From the NCBI GenBank assembly GCA_964016885.1, contig CAXHJY010001072.1:14500-78499 (forward strand): a stretch of 64,000 nucleotides of DNA. Direction: 5' to 3'. Position 1 is the stretch's first letter. Each line of letters begins with the position of its first letter. The position numbers and the translations under genes are program-made. Source of the stretch: Eledone cirrhosa (Eukaryota). Of this stretch, positions 31,991 through 45,520 are shown piece after piece. The notes below the pieces were generated by a model. That model saw nothing but the letters and a program-made list of their open reading frames with translations. It ran no database searches and had not been told where the DNA came from.

Positions 31991-34215
31991 CTACATTTTA
32001 AATTTAAATTTATATTTAAAAGTTGAGTTCAATCTATGTCTGCAACAACTGAATAAATTTGTCCGTAAATTAAGGGAATTTTTAGATTTTAGTATAAAGA
32101 ATATCTCCTCCGCGCAGAGGTCACATGTCTCAGAGGATGAATTAAAAGGAATCCCTCTTGAGACTATATTCCAAGCCGTCGAATATCTAACGTTATCATG
32201 TCTAAGTTGCCAGAGTAACCCTGATAGTGCTGTTGAGGACTTTTTGCTTGGATCTGTGAAAGAATTCTTGTAGTTATTATAGCGAAGTTTAAATTCCGTC
32301 GATGTGGAACCAACGTAGTTAAAAGAATTAAAGTCCGTTTTAACATTACAGTTGTATATTATATTTTTAACTAAGCAATTGTTATTTAACGGACATTTAG
32401 ATCTATCTCTACAGTTACATTTGTTAACTTGGATATTATTTATGCTATTATCGGTATTTTGGCTAGGTTTTAAGTTCCTATTATTTATTCTATTAATATT
32501 TTGTGCTAAATTTTTGGTGGATGAGTAGGTTAATTTTATAGTATGTCTATTGAAAATTGAGTGATACCTATGTGTTCCAGGGAAGCGATTATCAAGAGCT
32601 TTAAAAAATAGTTTAGCGATGTGGGTTTTAATGTTTAGTGAGAAGGGGGGGGGGCAAACCATATTATATTCCTAGTTCTATTTCTTTTTTGGCTTTTGGA
32701 ATTATTGTGATGCTTTCTATTATAGTTGTTAAAGTTGTGGCCGTAATTAAAATAGTTGTTATTTTGTTTAGTTTGTCTATCATTATCTATGTACATAATT
32801 TTATCACTATATCCTGCTCTAGCTAACGCTTCATTGTAATATTGGGCTTTTTCGTCGAAAATCTTTTTATTAGATGAGATTCTAGAGATACGTTTTTGAA
32901 CAGAGTTTACTATAGTATTTTTAACAGATCTGGGGTGGTTAGAGTTAAAGCTGACATAGTTTAAGTTTTCATTCAACTTGTGAAATGGATAGTGAAGACA
33001 TGTGTTGAGATTTAATGTTACATCTAGGAAATTGACTATTCTATGGTTATTCTCAATTTCTATTTTTAGATTAAAGTAATTAAAAAATTGTGTAATTTGT
33101 TTTCTTTTTCTATTTAGTTCAGAGTTATTATTTTCAATAAGTAAAAGCATGTCATCTCTATATAAACCTCCGGTAGCACCGGGTATTTTTCTATGCAGCG
33201 AATTGATTAAAAGTAGGCCCACAAGGTCAGTTACCTGAGCTGAGTCGGATGATCCCATAGTAATGTCAAAATTGTTATCTCTATCTGCTCTGGTCCATAG
33301 TTGGTCATTAAATTCTATCAATGTTTTCCTAGCCGATAATATAATGTGCATTTCATTGCTAGTTAGGTCTGTATGTTTGAATGCGTAATTTAGTGCCTTA
33401 TTTAGTAGATTAGGGGTAATAGAAGAATAATAGTTAGCAATATCTAGTTGAATAAACTTATTATTATTGTTATATTTAATTTCTTTAAACCACTCAACAA
33501 CCTCTCCAGTTCCCTTCCACAAGCTCAAGTTAGGCAAACAATTCAAGTTTTTAATTTGCTGTATCACCCTGTCAAGAATGTTTTTGCTTAGTTTACCCAG
33601 GTCCGATTTTGATGGTGCAATCAATCTGACTGGCAAGTCATTTTCAAAATTTCTTTTGTGATCTTTCATATTGATCTTCGGTTTCCTGGGCACGAAAGGT
33701 TGTGTTCTGTTCTCAATTTCCAACTCATGCATTATACAAGATGCCTCAACATTCATTTTCTCAAGCTCGGCCTTATCTGCTACCTTGTACTTTTTCCTCA
33801 GTTCTTTCAGTATGAGGCCATTATACATGTCTTTTTGCACTCCATAGAGGTTGTTGGTCTTGTCAGATTTCACCAAGATCTTCTCAGTTTTCTCTAAGCT
33901 CTCAATATTATCTTTAATGCCTTTCAGATGTTCCTGGCCTTTGAAGTTTCTCTTGAATTTGACTCCTTGTATGATAGAAATTATATCGTTTTCAAAGTCA
34001 AATAAAAGTTTGTTGGGGGGTGGATTTCTTTTAGATTTGAAAACTTTGTCTAAGTCCGAGACATTTTCATTTATATTAGATTTATCAAAGTGGAATGCTC
34101 GCCACCTGATTCTCCTTATAAAAGAGTCAGATTTATCTATTAATTGTTTAATAAAGTCTTTGTTTCTAGGTAGAGGTATGTCTTTTAAAGAGGAAGTAAT
34201 CTTAAAGAATTCCAT
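31991..34215 (-). CDS. PLE reverse transcriptase + GIY-YIG endonuclease, ~740 aa if joined; single frameshift at the G10 run 32645-32654
   Basis: RT motifs QLDIANYYSSI, ITMGSSDSAQVTDLVG, YRDDML, VNFLDV. Junction IIWFAPP|FSLNIKT. Linker CNCRDRSKC (CxCx5C). Endonuclease motifs NIIY...YVGST...R...CDLCAEE...LN...CRH. Confidence 0.92.
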
Positions 34216-34704
34216 TTTTTCAGTTATAATATAAAGCGCTCAACAGTATTGGAGCAAGATACATGGAAAGTTATATTTAAATTGTTGGGTTACGAGTAAA
34301 TATTTATAACTGATATAAAAGCACTCAACAAGTATTTGGAGTATATTTACGATATTAAATAAATGGAAATTATATTTATAAAACCATATTTATTTCATTA
34401 TATATATTTCAGGGATATCATATTAAAAATATGTTATGCCTTCTTCAGACAAAATACAATATAAACAGTCTTATAAATAGATAGATTCGACATACCTTTC
34501 AACATTGACTTGCATTTGAAAAGTTGATTTGGTAGTAAAAATATTATGGACAGTTGTAAAAAGAAAGAAAGAAAGAAAGAAAGAAAAACGAAGAAAAAAA
34601 AGAAATGCATGCAACTAAATAGAGAGAGATAGAAAGATATATAGAGAAGAAATTCATGTAAAGAAACAGATAGAGATATATAGAGAGAGGAAAAAAAATA
34701 GAGG

Positions 34705-34761
<57 letters not shown>

Positions 34762-35015
34762 AAATATAGAGAGATAGATATAGATAGAGATAGAGAGAAA
34801 GAAACTAGGTAGTTGAGCACCAGTTGAATGACGTATCAATGATACATTTATTTATTTATTTATTTAGCTCTAGTATTAATGTAGAGAGAGAGATATGTGG
34901 TTAGGAGAGTAAACAGCCGTTATATAGAGAGAAAAAAGAAAAATAACCAGACATAAACGAGGCAGATTTAAAACACTATGTTTCATCTGCACTGATGAAA
35001 ACACTATGTTTCATC

Positions 35016-35738
35016 TGCAAACCACAGGTCACAGCTCAGCCAACATTCCTGTTATATATCGTTGTGCAAACCACAGGTCACAGCTGAGCCAACATTCCTG
35101 TTATATATCGTTGTGCAAACCACAGGTCACAGCTGAGCCAACATTCCTGTTATATAACATTGTGCAAACCACAGGTCACAGCTGAGCCAACATTCCTGTT
35201 ATATATCGTTGTGCAAACCACACGTCACACCTGAGCTAACATTCCTGTTACATCTCATTGTGCAAACCACAGGTCACAGCTGAGCCAACATTCCTGTTAT
35301 ATATCATTGTGCAAACCACAGGTCACAGCTGAGCCAACATTCCTGTTATATATCATTGTGCAAACCACAGGTCACAGCTGAGCCAACATTCCTGTTATAT
35401 ATCGTTGTGCAAACCACAGGTCACACCTGAGCCAACATTCCTGTTATATATCATTGTGCAAACCACAGGTCACAGCTGAGCCAACATTCCTGTTATATAT
35501 TATTGTGCAAACCACAGGTCACAGCTGAGCCAACATTCCTGTTATATATCGTTGTGCAAACCACAGGTCACACCTGAGCTAACATTCCTGTTACATCTCA
35601 TTGTGCAAACCACAGGTCACAGCTGAGCCAACATTCCTGTTATATATCATTGTGCAAACCACAGGTCACAGCTGAGCCAACATTCCTGTTATATATCGTT
35701 GTGCAAACCACAGGTCACAGCTGAGCCAACATTCCTGT
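35016..35738 (+). repeat. 49-bp minisatellite, ~14.8 copies, with a 7-mer (343-bp) higher-order repeat
   Basis: Unit tgcaaaccacaggtcacagctgagccaacattcctgttatatatc(g/a)ttg. The variant unit cacctgagctaac...ttacatctcattg recurs 343 bp apart. Confidence 0.93.
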
Positions 35739-35947
35739 CCAACGGCTCATTTCTTTACTTCAATTGGAAGGGTGCAATGTGAAGGAGATATGGTTATTAT
35801 TTCTAGCAGGGAGAGTAACTGTGTAGCGGCTTCCTTGTTATTTTGAGTCAATATCTACCAAAATGAGGTTTAGTGAATTGAATAAACTTAAGTGTATTGC
35901 TACTTATATTTATTTTATCGAATATAAAAAGATAACCTGTCAACATC

Positions 35948-36140
35948 AGACCTGTCAACTTTCCCCGCCCGACGGGGAGATCCCCACCCACTTTGGGGTG
36001 GATGACACATGTCTTCTCTTATGAAAATGGGTATAGCTTTCTTTATGTAAAATTTCCCCATTTTGCCTCATTTCTCCCAGTTTTGGGGCACCTTTTTTCA
36101 TGGCACTCCCCGTTTGTGTTTTTAGATTTTGGCAGGTCTG
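35948..36140. mobile_element. MITE with CAGACCTG(T/C)CAA TIRs
   Basis: cagacctgtcaa ... ttggcaggtctg; homologous to 22416-22611. Confidence 0.72.
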
Positions 36141-36536
36141 CTTCAGCCAAATCTCGATCACAGATTTTGCGGACTGGAAACCTGTTTTATTTTTCTATAG
36201 AGACCGCATCCACAAAAATCCATTTAAAACAACTTTTTCTAAATCTTATAAATGTTACCTTTATAAATTTGAACAATGTTGTAATTTGTTTCTACGGTAT
36301 CCGTTTATTGAATTAAAAATATGGTTTGCCAGTAAATTAAATTTACTTGCATGGCTTAAAGGCATACATGGTTATAGTTAAGACGTTTACTGTGCAAACA
36401 CAAGACTTCTGACTGTGATTACTGAATAGCACGTTCAATATGTGTCCTTTACTAAAGCTTCGGGTTCGACAAACAAAATAAATATTGTGTGTCTCCACAA
36501 TAAATACTCGTAGTCATTAAATTACTCAAAGGCGAT

Positions 36537-36720
36537 GGATTGCCAGTATCGGTAGAGGGTCGGACGCCATGCTTTGACGCATAGAGTTACGGCCCTTGCC
36601 ATTCTGAGTTCAAATCCCGCCGGGGTTAACTTTGCCTTTCATCCTTACAGGGTCGAAAAAATAAAGTACCAGTAATGTACTGAGTAATTGCTGGCCTTGT
36701 GCCAATAGTAGAAACAATTA
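36537..36720 (+). mobile_element. tRNA-derived SINE family A (reference copy)
   Basis: A-box-like TGCCAGTATCGG, B box GAGTTCAAATCC, central GCCTTTCATCCTTAC..GGGTCGA.AAAATAAAGTACC domain; at least 8 copies in the window. Confidence 0.85.
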
Positions 36721-37149
36721 AATTACTCATTCCACCACCTTATTGTTTCTTTGAATGATAATTTTCCCCATAGCGGTATATTCATTTCCGTCAAAGAATA
36801 ATTAATTAATTTAATAAAGGTGTATTCCTTAATTTATTCAGAGAAACAGAGTATAGCTTTATTCAGAGCTTCTATTCTAAGGAATAGATGGATATTGCGT
36901 AGCGAATATATCTTAATATGGAATATTTCACTGTTGAAGGTGGGTTCATGTTAATAGGGGGGAAACTAAAAATATGCTGATGTGAAAAGGAATTATTTTG
37001 GTAAAGCGTTTATAAACGGGGTCAGGAAGTTAGACACAATTCAGTGGCATAAAGAGGACAAATATGGAGTTGGATGGGTTTCTATAATTTTGGCAAAATC
37101 AGGGGGGAATGGCTGTCATAGTCTAATGTCTGTCTCAAGTCAGAAGGCC

Positions 37150-37410
37150 TGTTAGACTGGTGCTTATCCTGGTTTTGTGGCGAGACACGATTGAGAGGAC
37201 AAGAACCCCCCCCCCCCCCCCTGGACAGGACGCCAGTCCATCGCAGGGTTAAATCCTCAGTTATTGCTGGTACTTATTTTCAGCTGAGTATACTGGAGCA
37301 ACGTGAAATGAAATATTTTTCTCAAGAACACAACACGCAACCCAGCCCAGGAATCGAATCCACGACAATATGATCGCAAGTCCAACACCCTTACCACTAG
37401 GGCACGCGCT
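37150..37410 (-). mobile_element. tRNA-derived SINE with CORE-like domain
   Basis: Minus strand: tagtggtaagggtgttggacttgcgatc...ggattcgattcctgggctgggttgcgtgttgtgttcttgag. Confidence 0.7.
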
Positions 37411-37801
37411 TCTATAGAAGCTGTCATAGATGCGGTAAAAATGTTTAATATTTATAAAGTGTGAGCTAGCTTATCAAACAGATGAAACTTATTATTTTAC
37501 AAGCTGTCCAGAATATATGTGTTTGAACTAGATACACATTTCAGGGTGTGTTTAGAAGTACTGTGTCCGTGTGCTTGGTATAATACAGTAAGGAAAACAC
37601 TTTTTTTACTACAGAATATCTAATTGAATGACCTGTGGTTCTTGGCGTGTTACCCCAAATGTATTGTGCCTTGGTCCCAAGATCCATTTTTCACAACAAT
37701 CGGATTCATTTTGTAGTAAGTAAAGTACATTGGCATAAAACAAACCACTGTAAAACTGACGAGAGTTTTGTTGGTCGATTGTTTTCAGTATATTTCTTTA
37801 A

Positions 37802-38015
37802 CCCTTTAGCATTTACATTACTCTATATACTATTATATTTTCACGGTTAAGGCTTTACCTTACATAATTTTCTCACACCTCGTATCTGAGATTTTGATAT
37901 TATTCATTTTGAGAACAATACCTTAACATCAGAATGAGCAGCCGGAATCAGTCGGTTTGAACAGAAAGAGGTGAAAGAATTTTGGCCGGTTACAGCCGGT
38001 TTAAATGTTAAAGGG
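37802..38015. mobile_element. piggyBac-type MITE
   Basis: TTAA-CCCTTTAGCATTTA ... TAAATGTTAAAGGG-TTAA. Confidence 0.8.
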
Positions 38016-38189
38016 TTAAAGAAAAGAAACGTTAAATAAGATAGACTGGCGTTTTACCCAAAAGAGAGCGATCTCTTTATCTTGGGAAACAGATCCGTGA
38101 GTCCGTGAAACATATACATATAGACCAGGTCAGAACACAAAGGAACCAAACTCCCACTGTCACTGCCTCCGTCTCTCTGAGTAAATGGG

Positions 38190-38385
38190 AGCCAAAGCGC
38201 TGACCGCCCCGCGTCCCCGGCGGACAGAATAGAGAAGGTGGTTCCCAGGAGTATGGTGAGGAAGACACGCTGGAAGAGCTATTCTAGCTGGCGTGGCTCA
38301 CACCCGCGGGTAACCAACTCTGTGCCTATGGTGGTGAGTAGAAAGTTTTCCCTGGGGCCAAGGGCACCAGAAGTCTCCACTTAAT
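38190..38385 (-). pseudogene. Decayed CRE-like LINE endonuclease fragment
   Basis: Nucleotide similarity to 48780-48950 (gcctatggtggtgagta...cctggggcc...caccagaagtctccact). Confidence 0.65.
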
Positions 38386-38585
38386 ACTAGACCACAAAAA
38401 CTGAAGATAAGCACGTGCTCATGGGAACGTAGAGGTCCGTTAAGATCAATAATAAAAACATGGAGCAAGCAGTTATTCTCTGTCTTCATTTTAGATATTT
38501 GGAAAAATATTATCAAATGTTTTCTAATCGCAAAATTGTTTATCTTTTCTTCTTGCAAACCACACACTGTACACACACACACACA

Positions 38586-38658
<73 letters not shown>

Positions 38659-39418
38659 GTGCGCTATACACACACTCTCTCGTCCCTCTCTCTCTTGCGT
38701 GTGCTCTCCCTCTCCTCCTCGTTCCCCCTGTCTCCTCCATCTCTCTCTTAAAATATTTTCTTAACATACCGATAATATCATTCTTGTATTTTCAAAAGTA
38801 CGAAGCAGTTTTTTTCTCTTAAATCCAAACAAAGAAAGAATAAGTTTATAGCCATTGTTAAGTACTCGTAAATGTTTTCTATGTCCATTTTTTAACTTCA
38901 ATTTTATTTTAGAATATTAAAGTTATATAAATACTTTTGTTGGGTTGACTGAATTCATTGGGCTGACTTTGTTATATGGAAGATATAAGCAATAAAACAT
39001 TTAGATGAAAAAAATATGCAAATAAGAAAACATTAGAATACATTAGCTAGCAGAAACGAGTTAGGAATAACATTGTTATCGTGAAATTCTTTGTGATACC
39101 CCCCCCCCCCAAAAAAAAAAATGTTAAGTGGCGGGGGGCGGGTTAAGTAAAGAAATATGTTGTTTTTTTTTAAATATATGTTTAATTTATTTGGTACATA
39201 CATTTAAAAAAGATAGATTTAGATTTCTTTTTGAGAAAATTTAAACAATAAAAAATAGAAATGGGCTTGCAAATCAGAACATACAATGATACGATGTTGT
39301 TTAGGAGCTTTTCATTGTGTGAATAGTAGGAAGTGGTAGCAGTATATATTAATTTATTATATACATAACATATATGTTGTGCATGTATACATTAATTTGT
39401 GTTAATGAATTGTTTTCG

Positions 39419-39695
39419 CTTGGGGAATCAGCTGGATTAGTTGGAGACGGTTGCTTCTGACAGGACCCACTGTAAGGAGTGTTTGAGGATTCTGTCACTT
39501 GGGGAATCAGCTGGATTAGTTGGAGACGGTTGCTTCTGACAGGACCCACTGTAAGGAGTGTTTGAGGACTCTGTCACTTGGGGAATCAGCTGGATTAGTT
39601 GGAGACGGTTGCTTCTGACAGGACCCGCTGTAAGGAGTGTTTGAGGATTCTGCCCCGACGACCTTCTCAGGAATAAGTGGGCGAAGAAGAAGAAG
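39419..39695 (+). mobile_element. RTE 3' end with a 79-bp segment in tandem triplicate
   Basis: ttggggaatcagctggattagttggagacggttgcttctgac... x3; homologous to 17440-17557; gaa tail. Confidence 0.8.
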
Positions 39696-40499
39696 AGATA
39701 TACAATGATTTCTCTCCGGTGTGTTGACAGATATCTTAAATAGTTAGCTAGCTAAATAGATAGATAGATATGCGAGTGTGTGTGTGGTTTCTGTGAATAT
39801 GAGTCTGTGAGTGTATGTCTTTCGATTGTAGAAAGTTCAGCATAGACACAGTTCAATGAAGAAGAAGAATGAAGAAGAAGAATGAAGAAGAAGAACGAAG
39901 AAGAAGAACGAAGAAGAAGAACGAAGAAGAAGAACGAAGAAGAAGAAGAAGAATTGTTTTCGTCTTGTTAACGATATTGTTCACAAGCTTTTTGTGTGAA
40001 CAGCATTAAGCCGTGGCAGTATATATTATTTCATTACATATATAGCATATTTTGTGCATGTAAACATTAATTTGCGGTAATGAATTGTTTTCGTTTTTTA
40101 TTATCACTCATCAACGTTAATGAGTGCATGTAATTTGGAAATTAGGCAGTTATGAACCTCTTGAAAAAATGCCAGACGATGAGAAACAGCAAATATGAAG
40201 TTTTCGTGAGGCCCCTGAGACAGCTTATTTTGCTTCAGTAATGAGTGTTAGAGAAGATGGATAAAATCTGAAAATATTAGATTATGTCAGGAAAGATATT
40301 CTAGATGGGAGTGCTTTTGATAAAAAATGACTCGTGGATACCACACACACACACATACATACATACACACATACACATATATATATATAGTGTCAAAATA
40401 ATATTGTTATGTTTATCACGTGTGAAGCCCGATTCGCGATCAATCAGCTCAAGGTACAATCAGTAACGATCGTGCCTGGCTCTGGAAACGATACCTCAT

Positions 40500-41250
40500 C
40501 AAACTCTTTCTACATATACTTATGCATACATATGAAGGTGCAAAAGAGCTCTTGTCCTAGGTAGACATAGACGGTGCCACGATAAGGTGTTCATGCTACT
40601 CGTCAACACTCTGGACAGAGAGGGACACAAGGTATACCAAATACTGAAGAAACCAACACCGTCAATAAAATTTGTGGAAGAGGGAGAGAAGCCATCTACC
40701 ACAGTAAAAACTACATGCGGCTTACTACAAATGACCCAATCATAGGATATGAGGGTTGATCTGGGAGGTAGGTTGCAGTTCCCCCAGGTTGTTCAAACAT
40801 CCCTGAGGCCAGATATAGTGCTTTGGTCTGAAAAGATACTGATTGAACTCAGTCCCATGGGGAGTAGAGTGAACAGCGCCTTTTTGGTGAAAGGGTGCCA
40901 GATATCAAGAACTTGTACAGGAGTTTAGGTTGGCAGTGGGCTGCAGGGGATTCCCGGCTCACCCAGTATGGAGAATGCTCGTTGTCATTGAAATGACAGG
41001 GAAAAAGAAGAAGGCTGCAGTTCGCAGGAAGGGGGAAACAGTAAAAAGAGCCCCCTGGTGGCTTTAGGAGACGGAGAAAGGAAATAAGCTGAAACCGGGA
41101 GGCGAAGATGGGAAGTAAATTGGCCACCTCTGCTGACCCACCAGCAAGAGGGTGTTACGGTCAAGGGTCGACACCGTCTGATGCCATCAACACCTCCAAG
41201 TCAAGGCTATGTTTACCGAAGGTCAATGAATGCGAGGCATCTTCTTGAAG
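40500..41250 (+). pseudogene. Decayed restriction-like-endonuclease LINE 3' fragment (HERO/NeSL-like)
   Basis: Residual motifs HDKV and LRPDIVLWS...IEL; multiple frameshifts; ends at (TA)n. Confidence 0.6.
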
Positions 41251-41363
41251 ATATAATTATATATATATATGTTTGCACATACAAATGTGTGTGTATATAT
41301 ATATATATAGGTGTGTGTGTATATATATATATATATATATTTATATACACATACACACACACA

Positions 41364-41431
<68 letters not shown>

Positions 41432-41656
41432 ATGGAGGGGGTGTACATCAAAGATGGCATAATACTTGAAATACCAAAAGATTCCCATATGTCATCTTAC
41501 GAAATATGTGTAGACAGAAGATACATAAATGAGCGGATAACGCCTTATATGGACATACGACTGTGTATATACGAATCTTGAATTTATCATTAAACACTTC
41601 AAATTTATAATTAAAATTTCCTCACTTTCTCTATCCATCCATCCCCATATATATAT

Positions 41657-41708
<52 letters not shown>

Positions 41709-41720
41709 ACATATATATAC

Positions 41721-41860
41721 AGGTAAAATTCCGTTATAACGAATACCATTATAACGAATTTTTCAGTATAACTAAAAAATGTTTCAATCCCCAGCCACAC
41801 GCTCGATGTGTTAGGTCGATCTCGTTATAAAGAATTTTTCATTACAACGAATTATTTTTT
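41721..41860. mobile_element. pogo/Tigger-like MITE remnant
   Basis: TA-CAGGTAAAATTCCGTTATAACGAA start with repeated TTATAACGAA motifs. Confidence 0.5.
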
Positions 41861-41959
41861 ATATCCCGTTAATTCCGTATACATATACTGTTATATATTA
41901 CATTATATATATATATATAGGGGTATATACATATACAGTTATATATTAGTGTATGTATG

Positions 41960-42044
<85 letters not shown>

Positions 42045-42409
42045 TCAAACTCACATAATAAAATCTACGTCTCATTCTATAGTCTTTTTTATATCTGGCA
42101 ATAAAAAAGAACACACATATACACACACACACAATGATGAACAGATGATATCAATAAAATAAAAATAATACAAACATAGATAACAATATAAGGATAGGCA
42201 GCATCATGTTTTTCTCTGATAAATTAACCTGAATAGGGCGGAAGTCTCTGTTTGCCTCACATTTTTGTCCTTACTGTTTCCGGGATGTTCGTCCAACCAT
42301 TATTAGAGGAATCATCAAAGATAACACACGAATTAAGCGCATGTGCCACTGTATCTCTGTGTATTTTGGGTGTATCAGTATTGAAGTGAGCCTGTGCATA
42401 TATATACAC

Positions 42410-42454
<45 letters not shown>

Positions 42455-42818
42455 AGAACACGCACGCGTGCATGTGAGGTGTGTGTGTGTGTGAGAACAC
42501 GCACGCGTGCATGTGAGGTGAGTGTGTGTATCTATCTATCTAAATGAGGCAGTGACAGTGGAAATTTGGTTCTTCTGTGTTGGGACCTGGTGTATATATA
42601 TATATATATATTTCACGGACACACACTCATGCATGTGACCCTAACTATTTACAAGAGTTATCAACTCACTCAGCTAAATAACAACAAGCAACAGCTACAA
42701 CAGCAACTACAACAACAACAAGTACAACAACAACAACAGCAACTATCGTAAATGTTCATCAGATACGAACAGATAGCAAACAGGAGTAAATGGAAGTGTA
42801 ACTTTGGAAAAATAGCTA

Positions 42819-42916
42819 CAGGGTGTTCCTAAAATGTATATACACTTTGATTACATGTACAGACAATATCTATTAGAATACTGTTGTAGTGTGCATACAT
42901 ATTTTGGGACACTCTG

Positions 42917-42977
<61 letters not shown>

Positions 42978-43079
42978 TCTGGGTGTCCCCAAAAATGTAT
43001 ATACACTTTGATTACCTGTACAGGCAATATCTATTAGAATGCTGTTGTAGTGTGCATACATATTTTGTGGGACACCCTG
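42819..43079. mobile_element. Two tandem Tc1/mariner MITE copies separated by (TA)n
   Basis: 42819-42917 and 42979-43079; CAGGGTGT..C / GGGACACCCTG ends. Confidence 0.75.
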
Positions 43080-43193
43080 TATTTTTAGGGGAAAATGTAG
43101 GATACGGAGCCAAGACCTGTGACTGGAAAGCGAACTTCGTATTTCAGAAACATGACCAATGGTGTTTTATTATGGTTGATATCAGGGCAGTAT

Positions 43194-43317
43194 ATTGGCA
43201 GAATCGGTAGAGCGTCGGATACCATGCTTTGCAGCATAGAGTTATGGCCCTTTACGTTCTGCGTTCAAATCTCATCCGAGGTCAACTTTACCCTTCATCC
43301 ATTCGAGGTCGATAAAA
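43194..43317 (+). mobile_element. SINE family A, 3' truncated
   Basis: tggcagaatcggtagag...gttcaaatc...cttcatccattcgaggtcgataaa. Confidence 0.8.
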
Positions 43318-43326
43318 AAGTATATA

Positions 43327-43374
<48 letters not shown>

Positions 43375-43378
<4 letters not shown>

Positions 43379-43549
43379 GATAAATCTACCAAAAATTTAC
43401 GGTAGTGTCCAATCCGTATGAAGAACTCAATGTAATCCGGATATCATGAAAAGAGAAGATGCATTCAAAAACTATTTTCGGTGAAAATTAACGGAAAACA
43501 GAGTCAAGATAAATTAATAAAGTAATGAATAAACAAAGAAACAGTTCCT

Positions 43550-43550
<1 letters not shown>
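43375..43550 (+). mobile_element. Pseudo-LTR-like fragment between (TA)n tracts, same family as 28971-29375
   Basis: Inverse homology; variant HHR-like motif TCCGT-ATGAAGA-ACT...GGT-GAAA-AT-TA-ACGGA. Confidence 0.6.
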
Positions 43551-43618
<68 letters not shown>

Positions 43619-43621
43619 ATT

Positions 43622-43652
<31 letters not shown>

Positions 43653-43655
43653 ATT

Positions 43656-43700
<45 letters not shown>

Positions 43701-43703
43701 ATT

Positions 43704-43778
<75 letters not shown>

Positions 43779-43779
43779 T

Positions 43780-43810
<31 letters not shown>

Positions 43811-43945
43811 ATTTATATATATATATGTATATATATATATGTATATATATATATATGTATATATATATATGTATATATATATATGTATATATATATATGT
43901 ATATATATATATGTATATATATATCTATATATGTATGTATATATG

Positions 43946-43994
<49 letters not shown>

Positions 43995-44019
43995 GTATAT
44001 ATATATAGGAACGATCGAC

Positions 44020-44223
44020 TTTCGTCAAATCGGACCGAGGGAACAATGTTTCCGTTGGTCTTTCCAATTGCTAATACTATCTATCGGTCGCAACTCCAGG
44101 TAGAAGGAGCAACGTGAAATAAAGTGTCTTGCTCAAGGACATAACGCATCGCCTGGTCCAGGAAGCGAACTCACAACCTTACGATTGCGAATCCAATTCT
44201 CTAACCACTCAGCCACACGCCTT
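44020..44223 (-). mobile_element. tRNA/CORE-like SINE family B
   Basis: Reverse complement of 46757-46950 (gcgtggctgagtggttag...tccttgagcaagacactttatttc...ctcggtccgatttgacg). Confidence 0.8.
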
Positions 44224-44226
44224 CAC

Positions 44227-44292
<66 letters not shown>

Positions 44293-44352
44293 CATATATA
44301 TATATATAGAAAGATAAATAGGTAGATATGGTAGATATATATAAATAGGTAG

Positions 44353-44390
<38 letters not shown>

Positions 44391-44808
44391 CTATATATAG
44401 ATAGATATGTATGTATATATATTTGTGTGTATGTCTGTGTATACGGATACATTGGTAGATTAAGGATATAAATCGTTTGATTTACTGCCATATGTGATCC
44501 ATTAAGAGTTACTCAGAAGTAGTTAAAACTTCCTTTATACGATTAATTTCTCCCCTTGTTCTTCTCTTATCTGATAGCGTCAATGGGTTTTGTCGACCGG
44601 AGTCAAATAAACAGTAAATTCCGAAAGAATAATATGAAGATAAGCATACATGAAAACCACATTTCTCCCTCCTTGCTTGCTGCCATATTTATTATTTATT
44701 TTGTACTCTCTCATCTGCCTCTTTACTATAAATATATATATATATATATATATTTATTTATATATTTATATATATATATATATTTATCTATTTATTTATT
44801 TATATATG

Positions 44809-44891
<83 letters not shown>

Positions 44892-44979
44892 GTAATAACA
44901 AAAATAACGAAACAAACGGCACAGTACAGTACATGGAAGCAATATATTAGTATAACACTTGAAATAGCAGAAAGAGAGT

Positions 44980-45012
44980 CGTAACGTTTCGGATACTAGT
45001 CCTTCATCAGAG
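44980..45012 (-). ncRNA. Partial HHR-like core (PLE pseudo-LTR relic)
   Basis: CTGATGA-aGGActagtaTCC-GAAACG; no convincing stem I. Confidence 0.45.
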
Positions 45013-45247
45013 AAGATAGAGTTAGAAATAGAAGATAAATAAAAAGTAAAGAGTGGTGAGAAGGAAAGGGGAAAATGAGAAAAAATTTGTGGAGAAAAAA
45101 AATCACACAGAGAATAAATACCCGATGATATCTCGGCTGCAAATACTTTTGGGTCTCCAATAGTCGCTAAAGACATCGAAGTAACAGATGCTGGTGTTAA
45201 ATCGGGCGAAGGATTAAGTCTACTGCCCAAGTAAGCCCCACACACAC

Positions 45248-45282
<35 letters not shown>

Positions 45283-45333
45283 TCATATACACACACCTAT
45301 ATATAGCTAGATGAAATTCACACCTATATATAT

Positions 45334-45487
45334 GGCTATTTCTGGACAGTCCAGAAATTGCCGTCGAAACGGCTCGAGCTCTTTCGCCGGGGTCTTGAAC
45401 ATTTTTTCTATTACCCACTCTACTACCCTAAGTATTGAGCACTCTGGTGCGTTATGGTCAACCTGGTTCCTTACCACACTTCATTCG

Positions 45488-45490
<3 letters not shown>
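45334..45490 (+). mobile_element. Family H element, 5' truncated
   Basis: Same hairpin centre and tail as 15617-15809. Confidence 0.75.

Positions 45491-45520
<30 letters not shown>

Larger units (their letters stand above)
30430..34987 (-). mobile_element. Near-intact Penelope-like element (Hydra-clade-like) with two direct pseudo-LTRs
   Basis: Near-identical direct repeats at 30430-31140 and 34264-34987 flank an RT + GIY-YIG ORF; the 3' end runs into (TA)n. Confidence 0.93.

Noticed and set aside
30430-34987. LTR retrotransposon
   Set aside because: No gag, protease, RNase H or integrase; RT plus GIY-YIG defines a Penelope-like element.
35016-35738. CRISPR-like appearance of the 49-bp array
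   Set aside because: No unique spacers, no cas genes, eukaryotic context.
36537-36720. tRNA genes
   Set aside because: A/B boxes belong to SINE heads; no cloverleaf.
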